A stretch of DNA of 64,000 bases, taken from Blastocatellia bacterium. GTDB taxonomy: Bacteria > Acidobacteriota > Blastocatellia > HR10. Where the stretch lies: positions 2,028-66,027 of the forward strand of contig DATLZR010000073.1 in the NCBI GenBank assembly GCA_035573895.1. The letters are read 5' to 3'. Positions 37,889-47,541 of the stretch are shown here, in pieces. Both the position numbers and the translations under genes were made by a program. Below the pieces are notes generated by a model. It worked only from the letters and a program-made list of their open reading frames with translations, did not search any database and was not told the origin of the DNA. Numbering within the stretch: the stretch's first letter is position 1; every line of letters starts with the position of its first letter.

Positions 37889-39076
37889 CTAAGTCTTCTC
37901 TGTCAGTGCCGCGACACCTGGAAGATCCACGCCGGCCAGGAACTCCAGCGTTGCACCACCACCCGTTGAGAGATGCGTGATTCGGTCCGCAACTCCCGCG
38001 CGATGAATCGCGGCCACGGAATCCCCTCCACCGACAATAGTGACTCCCTCCACCGATGCCACTTCATGCGCCAGCGCCACCGTCCCCTGATCGAACGGTG
38101 GGCGTTCAAAGACGCCAACGGGCCCGTTCCAGATCACCGTTCGAGCCTGACGAATCCTTTGCCCGAACAACTCAATCGTGGTCGGGCCAATGTCCATACC
38201 TATTGCTGAAGGGGGAAAGGCGTCTCCGCTCACAACGCGAGGGGGTGCCGTGGGATCGGTTGAATCAACAACCACATGGTCAACCGGTAATACGAGGGGA
38301 ACCTGTCGAGCCTCCGCCCTCACAAGCAAATCACGAGCTGTGGAGACGTAATCTGTTTCAACCCGAGACGCCCCGACGTCTCCTCCCCGGGCCACCAGGA
38401 AGGTGTAGGCCATGGCTCCCCCAATCAGGATGGCATCCGCGTGATTGAGAAGATTCGTCAACACGGGAATCTTATCCGAAACCTTCGCTCCCCCCAAGAG
38501 AACAACAAAGGGATGCTCCGGATGAGTGAGCGCACGACCGAGATAGTCTAATTCCCTTTCCATGAGCAAACCGGCAGCGGCCACCGGCACAAAGGACGTG
38601 ATTCCGACTGTCGAGGCATGGGCTCGGTGGGCCGTCCCGAAGGCGTCGTTGACATAGAGATCGGCCAGCCGCGCCAGGGAGCGAGCGAATTCGGGATCAT
38701 TTTTCTCTTCGCCCGGATGAAATCGCAGATTTTCCAAAAGGAGAACGTGTCCTTCGGCAAGGCTGCTCGCCAGGGCCTCGACCTCTGGACCAACGCAATC
38801 CAGAGCGAACGTGACGATCGGTCCGAGCCGCTCGGTGAGCACATCGGCCACGGGCCGAAGGGAATACCGAGAGTCACGCTGACCTTTGGGGCGTCCCAAA
38901 TGAGACGCAACGATCACTCGGGCGCGGCGCTCTATCAGGTAGCGAATGGTCGGAAGTGACGCGTCAATCCTGGAGGCATCGGTGACGCGCCCGGCCTCGA
39001 TCGGGACATTAAAGTCAACCCGAAGGAAGACGCGCTTGCCGCACAGATCGAGATCTCTCACCGACAGTTTCGCCAT
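37889..39076 (-). CDS. pgk: Phosphoglycerate kinase
   Basis: [16 protein letters not shown] and [11 protein letters not shown] are present. Confidence 0.95.
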   Translation of the reverse strand: MAKLSVRDLDLCGKRVFLRVDFNVPIEAGRVTDASRIDASLPTIRYLIERRARVIVASHLGRPKGQRDSRYSLRPVADVLTERLGPIVTFALDCVGPEVEALASSLAEGHVLLLENLRFHPGEEKNDPEFARSLARLADLYVNDAFGTAHRAHASTVGITSFVPVAAAGLLMERELDYLGRALTHPEHPFVVLLGGAKVSDKIPVLTNLLNHADAILIGGAMAYTFLVARGGDVGASRVETDYVSTARDLLVRAEARQVPLVLPVDHVVVDSTDPTAPPRVVSGDAFPPSAIGMDIGPTTIELFGQRIRQARTVIWNGPVGVFERPPFDQGTVALAHEVASVEGVTIVGGGDSVAAIHRAGVADRITHLSTGGGATLEFLAGVDLPGVAALTEKT

Positions 39077-39079
39077 ACC

Positions 39080-40105
<1,026 letters not shown>

Positions 40106-40146
40106 TTACAGAGCTGTCACGACGACCGGGCGTCGCATGAGAGGGG

Positions 40147-40175
40147 ATTATAGAGAACTTCCTGACGTTTTGAAA
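40147..40175 (-). promoter_or_regulatory. Candidate sigma70-type promoter of the gap-pgk-tpiA-secG cluster
   Basis: On the minus strand: TTTCAA (40170-40175), a 17-nt spacer, then a perfect TATAAT (40147-40152). The site is about 60 nt upstream of the gap ATG. Confidence 0.4.
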
Positions 40176-40257
40176 GGTCACACGGATTTTCCCCACCCGC
40201 TTGCATCGCCGTTCTCGACGGTGTTATTGTGACAGTTTCATCGAGGAGGACAGGGAG

Positions 40258-41967
40258 ATGAAAGCGGCTCTAAGGGACCGACTCGATCGGATGATTGAAG
40301 AGTTTCTCTCCTGCTATTTCACATTTCATCCCACATCCGCGACAGCCGTCGGGTTCCACCAATACGATCACCTTTTGGAAGACCGGTCCGACGAACTTCT
40401 CGCGGACCAACGCCGGCGTCTGGAAGATGTCCGTCAGCGGTTGCGACGGGAGATTGACTGGACGCAACTTGATCCGGATTCACAGGCGGACTACTGCGTT
40501 GTCGTCTCGGAGATTGAAGCGGAGATCCTGTCTCTTGATTCCGTTCGCTGGTGGGCCCGTGATCCGAGCTGGTACAGCGACGTCGCCTGCTGGTCCGTCT
40601 ACAGTCTGCTCGCGAGGGAATACGCTCCGAGCGAAACACGGATCATGGCGGCGTGCCAGCGGATGGATGCCATTCCTCGCCTCTTCGACCAGGCCCGGAG
40701 CGCTCTTCTCAATTACGCCCGCACGTCCTCTCCCACGGCGCCCGCGGGAATTCCGCCAATCTATATCGAGATTGCCCGGCAGGAGCTGACCGGGGCGAAA
40801 TCGTTCTTCGATTCCCTCGTGCCGACCTTTGCCGAGAATATCTCCAACCGTGATCTGGCGGATCAGTTCAAACGCGCAAGTGCGCGAGCAGCCGACGCCT
40901 GTCAGGACCTCCTTCAGTTTCTGGATGTCGAACTCCGACGTGAGGCAAGTGGGACATTCGCGCTGGGTGGTGATCTCTTCCATCGCCTCCTTCGCCTTCT
41001 GGAGCACATCACCACGCCGGTGGAAAAAATTCTTGCTTGTGGCCTCGAACGGTTGCGGACCACACAACGAAAAATGGAGGACATCGCCTCGCGCATTGCC
41101 CCGGGCGTCCCCCTGCCGACACTCCTGGAACAACTATCCGAGGATCACCCCACAGGGGAGGATCTGATTGCCTCCTACCGCCACCGTACTCAGGAGATCC
41201 GGCGCTTCATTGAGGAACGCGAGCTTGTCACGATTCCCCCGGGAGATGATCTCCTCATCGTGGAAACACCGCCTTTTTCTCGCAGTCTCATCTTTGCTGC
41301 GCTCGATGCTCCCGGACCTTTTGACCCCGACGGCCTTCCGACGTTTTTCTATGTGACCCCCGCTGACTCAGCGCAGCCCCCGGAGAACCAGAGAGAATAC
41401 CTTCGCGCCCACAACCGGTTCGCTCAGGTGGCTACGATTATTCACGAAGCCTATCCCGGTCATTACGTCCAGTCTCTCCATCGTCGGCGAACCCCCTCGC
41501 GGGTGCGAAAGATCTTTGGAACGGGAAGCTTCATCGAAGGGTGGGCGCACTACTGCGAGGAGATGGTGCTCGACGAAGGGTATGGCGAAGATGATCCGCG
41601 CCTCCGATTGTTTCAGCTCCACGAAGCCCTCTGGCGCATTGGCCGTCTCATCGTTGGAACCAGGATGCACACGGACAATCTGTCGCTGGATGAAGGGATC
41701 GAGTTCCTCGTTCGTGAGTGCTACCAGCAACATGACAATGCTCGTCGTGAGGTCTGGCGGTACACACGCGACCCCTTCGTCCTCGTCTACTCCTGGGGGA
41801 AGTGGCAGATTCAGGAACTGCGAGAGGCCGCACGCAAGCAGTGGGGATCGCGCTTCTCTCTCCGGGAGTTCCACGACCATCTTCTGGCTTATGGGGAACC
41901 CTCGGTGACGCTCTTGAGATTCCTTCTTCTGGGCGATACAATCCCGGCCTGTGTGGCTGATGCTTAA
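40258..41967 (+). CDS. DUF885-family protein
   Basis: The start is set at ATG 40258, with GAGGAGGA upstream. The family-typical HEAYPGHY and FIEGWAHY motifs are present. Confidence 0.8.
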   Translation: MKAALRDRLDRMIEEFLSCYFTFHPTSATAVGFHQYDHLLEDRSDELLADQRRRLEDVRQRLRREIDWTQLDPDSQADYCVVVSEIEAEILSLDSVRWWARDPSWYSDVACWSVYSLLAREYAPSETRIMAACQRMDAIPRLFDQARSALLNYARTSSPTAPAGIPPIYIEIARQELTGAKSFFDSLVPTFAENISNRDLADQFKRASARAADACQDLLQFLDVELRREASGTFALGGDLFHRLLRLLEHITTPVEKILACGLERLRTTQRKMEDIASRIAPGVPLPTLLEQLSEDHPTGEDLIASYRHRTQEIRRFIEERELVTIPPGDDLLIVETPPFSRSLIFAALDAPGPFDPDGLPTFFYVTPADSAQPPENQREYLRAHNRFAQVATIIHEAYPGHYVQSLHRRRTPSRVRKIFGTGSFIEGWAHYCEEMVLDEGYGEDDPRLRLFQLHEALWRIGRLIVGTRMHTDNLSLDEGIEFLVRECYQQHDNARREVWRYTRDPFVLVYSWGKWQIQELREAARKQWGSRFSLREFHDHLLAYGEPSVTLLRFLLLGDTIPACVADA

Positions 41968-41986
41968 TGACGATGTTGAATAGCCT

Positions 41987-43903
41987 ATGAGCCATCTCGC
42001 TGAACTTCGCGCAATTGCACAGCGACTGCGGAGACACGCAATTCTCATGACAACCGAAGCCGGTTCCGGTCATCCGACGTCCTGCTTGTCCTGTGCCGAC
42101 CTGATCACGGCTGTTTTCTTCCACGCGATGCGGTACGACGTGGCCAACATCGCCCATCCGATGAACGATCGCTTCATCCTCTCGAAAGGCCATGCTGCAC
42201 CCATCCTGTACGCGGCGTGGGCGGAAGCAGGAGCCTTCCCGGCTGAACGTCTGATGACGCTCCGACGTTTCGAGAGCGAACTCGAAGGTCATCCGACCCC
42301 TCGTTTCCCCTGGGCGGAAGTTGGGACGGGTTCGCTCGGTCAGGGCCTCTCGATTGGCGTCGGCATGGCAATAGCCGGAAAATACCTGGACCGTCTGCCA
42401 TACACCGTCTATGTGTTGCTCGGCGATGGAGAAGTCGCGGAGGGATCGGTCTGGGAAGCGGCATCGCTGGCGGCCTATTATCGCCTGGATAACCTTATCG
42501 CCCTGGTAGACGTCAACCGGTTAGGCCAGAGTCAAGCCACCATGTACGGTCATAACCTGGCTGCCTACGAGGCGAAGTTTCGCGCTTTCGGCTGGCACGC
42601 CCTGACCGTTGATGGACACGACATGGGGCAGATCGTTGCTGCTCTGGATGAGGCTCGGAGGGTCGAAGGACAGCCTTCGGTCATCATCGCCCGGACGATC
42701 AAAGGGAAAGGCGTCTCGTTCCTCGAAGACCGCGAGGGCTGGCACGGGAAACCCCTCAAAAAAGGCGAGGAATCGGACCGAGCCCTCGAGGAGCTGATGA
42801 CTGACGGTGACGGATTCGCCCGACCGTCGGCGTCTCGGTCACTACGGCGCCCTCCCTCGACCGGCGAGGAGAAGCAACGCCTGGCCTCCGCTGAACCTGC
42901 AATCCCCTCGCTTCCTCCACCGAGCTACTCCCTCGGCGAGATGGTAGCCACCCGCGAAGCCTACGGCACAGCTCTGGCCAAACTCGGCCATCTGTGCCCT
43001 CGCGTCGTCGTCCTGGATGGCGACACGAAGAATTCGACCTTCTCCGAAAAGTTCCTCCAGGAGCATCCGGATCGGTTCTTTGAAGCCTTCATCGCCGAGC
43101 AAAATATGATCGGGGCGGCCGTCGGTCTCGCTGCCCGAGGCTACCTCCCCTTCGCATCTACGTTCGCCTGCTTCCTCACGCGGGCTTTCGATCATATCCG
43201 AATGGCGGCCATCTCACGGGCGAACATCAAGTTGTGCGGATCGCATGCCGGTGTCTCTATTGGAGAAGATGGGCCTTCTCAGATGGGGCTGGAGGACCTT
43301 GCCATGATGCGGTCTATCCCCGGTTCAGTGATCCTCTACCCGGCGGATGCGGTTTCCGCCGAACGCGCCGTCGAACTGGCAGCTCGTTACAAAGGCATCG
43401 CCTACATCCGCACAACGCGCCCTAAGACTCCGGTTTTGTATCGTCCCGACGAACCTTTCGATCTCGGACAATGCAAGATCCTGCGCGAGAGTCCAGCCGA
43501 CCTTGTGACTGTTGTGGCTGCCGGCATCACCGTGCACGAATCCTTGAAGGCTCACGAGCTTCTCGCTCAGGAGGGCATCCCCGTCCGCATCATTGATCTT
43601 TTCTCGGTCAAACCGATTGACGTGGAAACCCTCCGCCGGTCGGCTAAGGCCACCGGAGGACTGGTGCTGACCGTGGAAGATCACTATCGTGACGGTGGGC
43701 TTGGAGACGCCGTGGCCCAGGCTCTTTCAGGGGACGGAATTCGGGTGGTTTCACTTGGGGTCACGGAAATCCCTCACTCAGGAACACCGGACGAACTACT
43801 CGACGCCTATGGCATCGGCGCACGACACATTGTCCGCCACGTCAAACAGCTCGTCGGTAAGAAGACATCGGCTGCTACCGATGACAGACCAGCAATCCTA
43901 TGA
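41987..43903 (+). CDS. tkt: Transketolase
   Basis: GSGHPTS is present, as are the TPP motif LLGDGEVAEGSVWEA and the pyrimidine-binding and C-terminal domains (GEDGPSQMGLEDLA). Confidence 0.9.
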   Translation: MSHLAELRAIAQRLRRHAILMTTEAGSGHPTSCLSCADLITAVFFHAMRYDVANIAHPMNDRFILSKGHAAPILYAAWAEAGAFPAERLMTLRRFESELEGHPTPRFPWAEVGTGSLGQGLSIGVGMAIAGKYLDRLPYTVYVLLGDGEVAEGSVWEAASLAAYYRLDNLIALVDVNRLGQSQATMYGHNLAAYEAKFRAFGWHALTVDGHDMGQIVAALDEARRVEGQPSVIIARTIKGKGVSFLEDREGWHGKPLKKGEESDRALEELMTDGDGFARPSASRSLRRPPSTGEEKQRLASAEPAIPSLPPPSYSLGEMVATREAYGTALAKLGHLCPRVVVLDGDTKNSTFSEKFLQEHPDRFFEAFIAEQNMIGAAVGLAARGYLPFASTFACFLTRAFDHIRMAAISRANIKLCGSHAGVSIGEDGPSQMGLEDLAMMRSIPGSVILYPADAVSAERAVELAARYKGIAYIRTTRPKTPVLYRPDEPFDLGQCKILRESPADLVTVVAAGITVHESLKAHELLAQEGIPVRIIDLFSVKPIDVETLRRSAKATGGLVLTVEDHYRDGGLGDAVAQALSGDGIRVVSLGVTEIPHSGTPDELLDAYGIGARHIVRHVKQLVGKKTSAATDDRPAIL

Positions 43904-44387
43904 CAAGATCATGGCGCGGGCGCTGCGTCTTCTGGCACTCCGTCCTCGCAGCCGGGAGGAACTCCGTCAGAAACTTCTTGAGAAAAATCCCAGGTACGAG
44001 TCCATCATCAGCCAGGTCATCGCTCGACTGGGAGAGCTTGGCTACCTGGATGATGTTCGGTTCGCTGCGGACTACGCCCACATGCGCGTCGAAACGAAAC
44101 CCGTCGGTCGCCGCCGGTTAAAAAACGAACTGCGCAAGCGAATGATCGCTGAAGATCTCATTGATCGAACCCTCGATGACATCTATACCCGGGAGACGGA
44201 AACCACCCTTATGGACCGCGCCGTTGAAGGGTGGATTCGTCGCCGGGGTCACCCTCACACCCGCGCTGAAATGAAAAGACTTTTTGACTATCTCCTCCGG
44301 CTTGGATTTGAGCCCTCTCAGGTGAGGGAAAGACTTCAAAAAATCAGTTCCATTGCTATCGAGGATGACCCTCAGGGCAACGAGTGA
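43881..44387 (+). CDS. recX: Recombination regulator RecX
   Basis: ALRLLALRPRSREELRQKL and the three-fold helical repeat pattern are present. The start at ATG 43881 overlaps the tkt end by 23 nt. ATG 43911 is an alternative start. Confidence 0.8.
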   Translation: MTDQQSYDKIMARALRLLALRPRSREELRQKLLEKNPRYESIISQVIARLGELGYLDDVRFAADYAHMRVETKPVGRRRLKNELRKRMIAEDLIDRTLDDIYTRETETTLMDRAVEGWIRRRGHPHTRAEMKRLFDYLLRLGFEPSQVRERLQKISSIAIEDDPQGNE

Positions 44388-44591
44388 AACCCTGTTTCCC
44401 GACCATTAGCTCGCACAACATTGCTTCCGGTCAGAACGTTTTCAAGGATATCACGCCTGCCCGTTAGTACCACTGTTCTTATTTGCTCACCACTACAACG
44501 GTTCCAACGAAATATTCCCAGGCTCGTAAATTTCCATCTCCTTGACGGCTCCGGAGCCTCTCCTTGTGATCTCGCAAGGGGAAAGGACCCT

Positions 44592-45016
44592 ATGGAAATG
44601 CTTTGTCTGGCAGCAGTGATGGCCTCGGTGTCGAGACTAACCTTGACCAGATATGGAGTTCTTTACTACGGGCGAGCCACCCGTGCTCTCATCGAGACGA
44701 TTGGTCAGGATACTCTCGCCGTTCACGAAACCACTCGTACCGCTCTCGGAACGACCCAGGCCCTCCAGGAAACCACCCCTGCACTTCAACCAACGCCCAG
44801 GCAATTGATGAGACGACCCAAGCCATGCTAGGGACGATTCAGGCCGTCCAGGAAACGACTCACGCTGTCCATGAGACAACCCAAGCCATCCACGAAACAA
44901 CCCGCACCATCCACGAGGATGCCCAGCGCCGACAGGAAGAATTGCTCATTTATCTTCGCGACATGAATCGCCGTTACACGGGACTGATGGCTGCTCTGGC
45001 CGAACGTCGCCCGTAG
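44592..45016 (+). pseudogene. Heptad-repeat (x-A-x-H/Q-E-T-T) small protein gene interrupted by a 1-nt frame change between about 44770 and 44800
   Basis: ORF 44421..44831 and ORF 44603..45016 carry the same 7-aa repeat. The distance between consecutive E-T-T units across the junction is 41 nt instead of 42. The ATG at 44592 is preceded by GGGGAAAGGA. Confidence 0.5.
44712..44945 (+). repeat. About 11 tandem 21-nt (heptad) coding repeats
   Basis: The units read TLAVHET / TRTALGT / TQALQET / TPALQP. / .AQAIDET / TQAMLGT / IQAVQET / THAVHET / TQAIHET / TRTIHED / AQRRQEE. Confidence 0.6.
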
Positions 45017-45172
45017 GCTTTGCGCGGAATTGGAAGAAATTGTTAAGTGCAGTTCCCTCGCCTGAGGTATTGTCCGGAGTGCCCCAGCTCACCCCGTGGG
45101 TGAGATTCGAACCGGGAAGTAGGGCAGCCGCGTGCTGGAGTTTTCGCCCGTTCGTGCTGGCTCCCTTCAGCA

Positions 45173-45853
45173 CTAAAACTGAACCTTCGGAGGCTGGCTG
45201 GCTGACGGAGCAGCAGTGAAATAGTTCTCCATATTTCTGAACCCGAAGAGCCGAGCAATGAGCACCGTCGGAAACCGAGACGCGGTGACGTTATAGTCCT
45301 GAACGGCCTGGATATAATCCCGGCGGGCCACAGCGATTCGATTTTCTGTCCCGGCCAGCTCATCCATCAATCGCTGGAACGTCTCGTTCGACCGCAACTG
45401 TGGATATTGTTCGGCAAGGGACAGGACCTGAACGCGGAGCTGCGGCAAGGCTTGCTCGATTTCCGCATTTGCCTGCACGCGTTCTTGTGGGGTCGCATCG
45501 GGACGCAACAGCCGCGACCGTGCCTCGGCGATGCGACTGTAGACCTCAAGCTCCTGGGCCGTAATTCCCTTGACCGTGTTCACCAGATTAGGAATCAGAT
45601 CGGCCCGGCGTTGCATCTGGTTTTCAACCTGTGACCAACTGCTGCGCACGACCTCCCGCTGTCGGACCAGGGTGTTGTAGGTGGACGCCGATCCGACGCC
45701 GAAGACAAGAATCAAGCCTGCGAGGACGAAGGCGAGAATAGCTCGTCGGCGCGTCCGGGCAGCCCGTGCTTGCGCCAACTGCTGTTGTTCACGGAGGTAG
45801 GCCTGTCGGAAGTCCTCTCGACTGCTTTGATTCTGCTCGAAGATATCACTCAT
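45173..45853 (-). CDS. lemA: LemA-family protein
   Basis: The 226-aa ORF has an N-terminal TM segment followed by the LemA helical domain (YNTLV...WSQVENQMQRRADLIPNLV...RRDYIQAVQDYN). It overlaps the upstream gene by 4 nt. Confidence 0.85.
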   Translation of the reverse strand: MSDIFEQNQSSREDFRQAYLREQQQLAQARAARTRRRAILAFVLAGLILVFGVGSASTYNTLVRQREVVRSSWSQVENQMQRRADLIPNLVNTVKGITAQELEVYSRIAEARSRLLRPDATPQERVQANAEIEQALPQLRVQVLSLAEQYPQLRSNETFQRLMDELAGTENRIAVARRDYIQAVQDYNVTASRFPTVLIARLFGFRNMENYFTAAPSASQPPKVQF

Positions 45854-46611
45854 GGTCTCTCCTCCAAAGCATCAACTCTCCGGATGACCGTCTCGATCGC
45901 CGCGAGATACCGGGCGAAGAGATCGTCAGCATCCTGCAAGGAAAGGTGGAATTTCTTCTCTCGCGCGTCCAGCACGGCATGAAAGGGCGATACATCCATC
46001 CCCAGAGTGCGGCCCAGTTGATCAATTACCTTCCTCTTGGCGTGCTCAACATCGGCCACACCATACAGGCGAACAACGTGACGAAATAACGTGGCAAAAC
46101 TGACGATGGAATCAGTCATTAAAGCGAGAAGTCGGTCGGCTCTTTGACTGGCCGGGATATAAAGCTCCCGCAGTCGGATGAGCTTGCCCCGGAGTTCAAA
46201 CTCAAGCTGGTGCCGCAAATTGTGAGTCGGAATGTCAAGTCCGGTGAAGGGATCCTCCCCATAAAGAACCCGATGGGCCGCGCTCATGTCGAGGAACTCA
46301 ATGGGGAAGACATCACGCGCATCGAGCATTTCCTCCCGGGTGAAGTACAGCGGCAAGGGATGGCGTCGTTGCCAAACCTCTAGAGAGCGGCGCGCTAAGC
46401 GCAGATCTTCTGGTGTAATTCGTTGAAGGACGACCAGGATATTTGGCTGGGAACGATCCGGCACATGGTCACCGACAACCAGAGACCCGTAGAGAACGAC
46501 CGACACGAGATTCTCACCATGCGCGCGCTTCAAGGAAGCTACCAATTCTCTCAGTTCCTCATCCATCTTATGGCTCCCCCACCGCAAATGAGCCATTGGA
46601 AGATTCAGCAT
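45850..46611 (-). CDS. Nucleotidyltransferase-fold (KNTase/MNT-like) protein with a degenerate catalytic motif
   Basis: The translation reads VVLYGSLVVGDHVPDRSQPNILVV where active members have G-S-x(9-13)-D-x-D. A helical C-terminal domain is present. MDEEL at 46566 is an alternative start. Confidence 0.6.
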   Translation of the reverse strand: MLNLPMAHLRWGSHKMDEELRELVASLKRAHGENLVSVVLYGSLVVGDHVPDRSQPNILVVLQRITPEDLRLARRSLEVWQRRHPLPLYFTREEMLDARDVFPIEFLDMSAAHRVLYGEDPFTGLDIPTHNLRHQLEFELRGKLIRLRELYIPASQRADRLLALMTDSIVSFATLFRHVVRLYGVADVEHAKRKVIDQLGRTLGMDVSPFHAVLDAREKKFHLSLQDADDLFARYLAAIETVIRRVDALEERP

Positions 46612-46629
46612 CCGATGAGTCTAGAGCAC

Positions 46630-47463
46630 TCACCAACTCCCACTGGCTCCTCCCCCGCCGAATGACCCTCCGCCAAATCCACCGAAGCCACCGCCACTCC
46701 AGCCGTGCGAGCTTCCTCCCCGGCGGCCACCGAAACCGCCCGAACCACCACCACCAAAAATGATGGGATACCAGTACCAGTCGGATCCGACCCCCCATCG
46801 GCGACGGCCAGCCCATCGGCTCCGCGAGCTGGCAGCGATGATGGCGAAAACGAAAGCTCCGATGACGAAAAGAAAAACGAGAGCCGTAAAAAGACCGACC
46901 AGGACGCCGCCCGTGGCTTTCCTCGCTCGACGAGCAGGAGCGACGGGCCTTTCCGCTCCCTCAATGGTGAGCCCTCGTTTCGCCGCAATAGTCTGGACCA
47001 CACTCCGAACGCCAAGAAGTAACCCTTCGCCGTATTGCCCGGCGCGGAAGTACGGAGTCATGCGCCGCCCGATCTCTCCGGCCAGTCCGTCGGGGATGTC
47101 CCCCTCTAGCCCATACCCCACCTCCAACCGCCACTTCCGTTCGGAGGGAACAATGAGGATCATGAGGCCGGTATTTTCCTTCTTCTGTCCGATACCCCAC
47201 CGCCGCGCCAGCTCAATCGAATACTCTTCAATGGGCATTCCGCCGAGCGAAGGGATCGTTACAACTGCAATTTCAATCCCCGCTTGTTCCCGGAACCGGC
47301 GAATGAGTGTTTCCATCGCCTCCTTACTTTCACTGTCAATCACTCCGGCAAAGTCGTTGATGTATCCAACAGGCGATGGAAAATCTGACGCGGCGACGCA
47401 CTTTATCAAGACCGCAGCGACAATGACCGCGACTTTCACACCCCGTTGTCCCCGGCAGTTCAT
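46630..47463 (-). CDS. TPM-domain (YgcG-like) protein with a TM segment and Gly-rich C-terminal tail
   Basis: A signal peptide is followed by the TPM domain (YINDFAGVI...IAVVTIPSL...IGQKKENTGLMILIV...EVGYGLEG) and a C-terminal GGGGSGGFGGRRGG... tail. Confidence 0.8.
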   Translation of the reverse strand: MNCRGQRGVKVAVIVAAVLIKCVAASDFPSPVGYINDFAGVIDSESKEAMETLIRRFREQAGIEIAVVTIPSLGGMPIEEYSIELARRWGIGQKKENTGLMILIVPSERKWRLEVGYGLEGDIPDGLAGEIGRRMTPYFRAGQYGEGLLLGVRSVVQTIAAKRGLTIEGAERPVAPARRARKATGGVLVGLFTALVFLFVIGAFVFAIIAASSRSRWAGRRRWGVGSDWYWYPIIFGGGGSGGFGGRRGGSSHGWSGGGFGGFGGGSFGGGGASGSW

Positions 47464-47541
47464 CGGGAAATAGAGTATCAGAGAACCGACCCCCTATGCC
47501 AGCCCCTCGACCTCTAGTGGCGCGCCGATCCAGCTTCCTAT

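Noticed and set aside
40480-42292. Minus-strand ORFs of 217, 226 and 214 aa (40480..41133, 41368..42048, 41648..42292).
   Set aside because: They are antisense to the DUF885 and transketolase genes, which carry clear family motifs.
46760-47473. 237-aa plus-strand ORF.
   Set aside because: It is antisense to the TPM-domain gene, and its Pro/Arg/Ser-rich composition is implausible.
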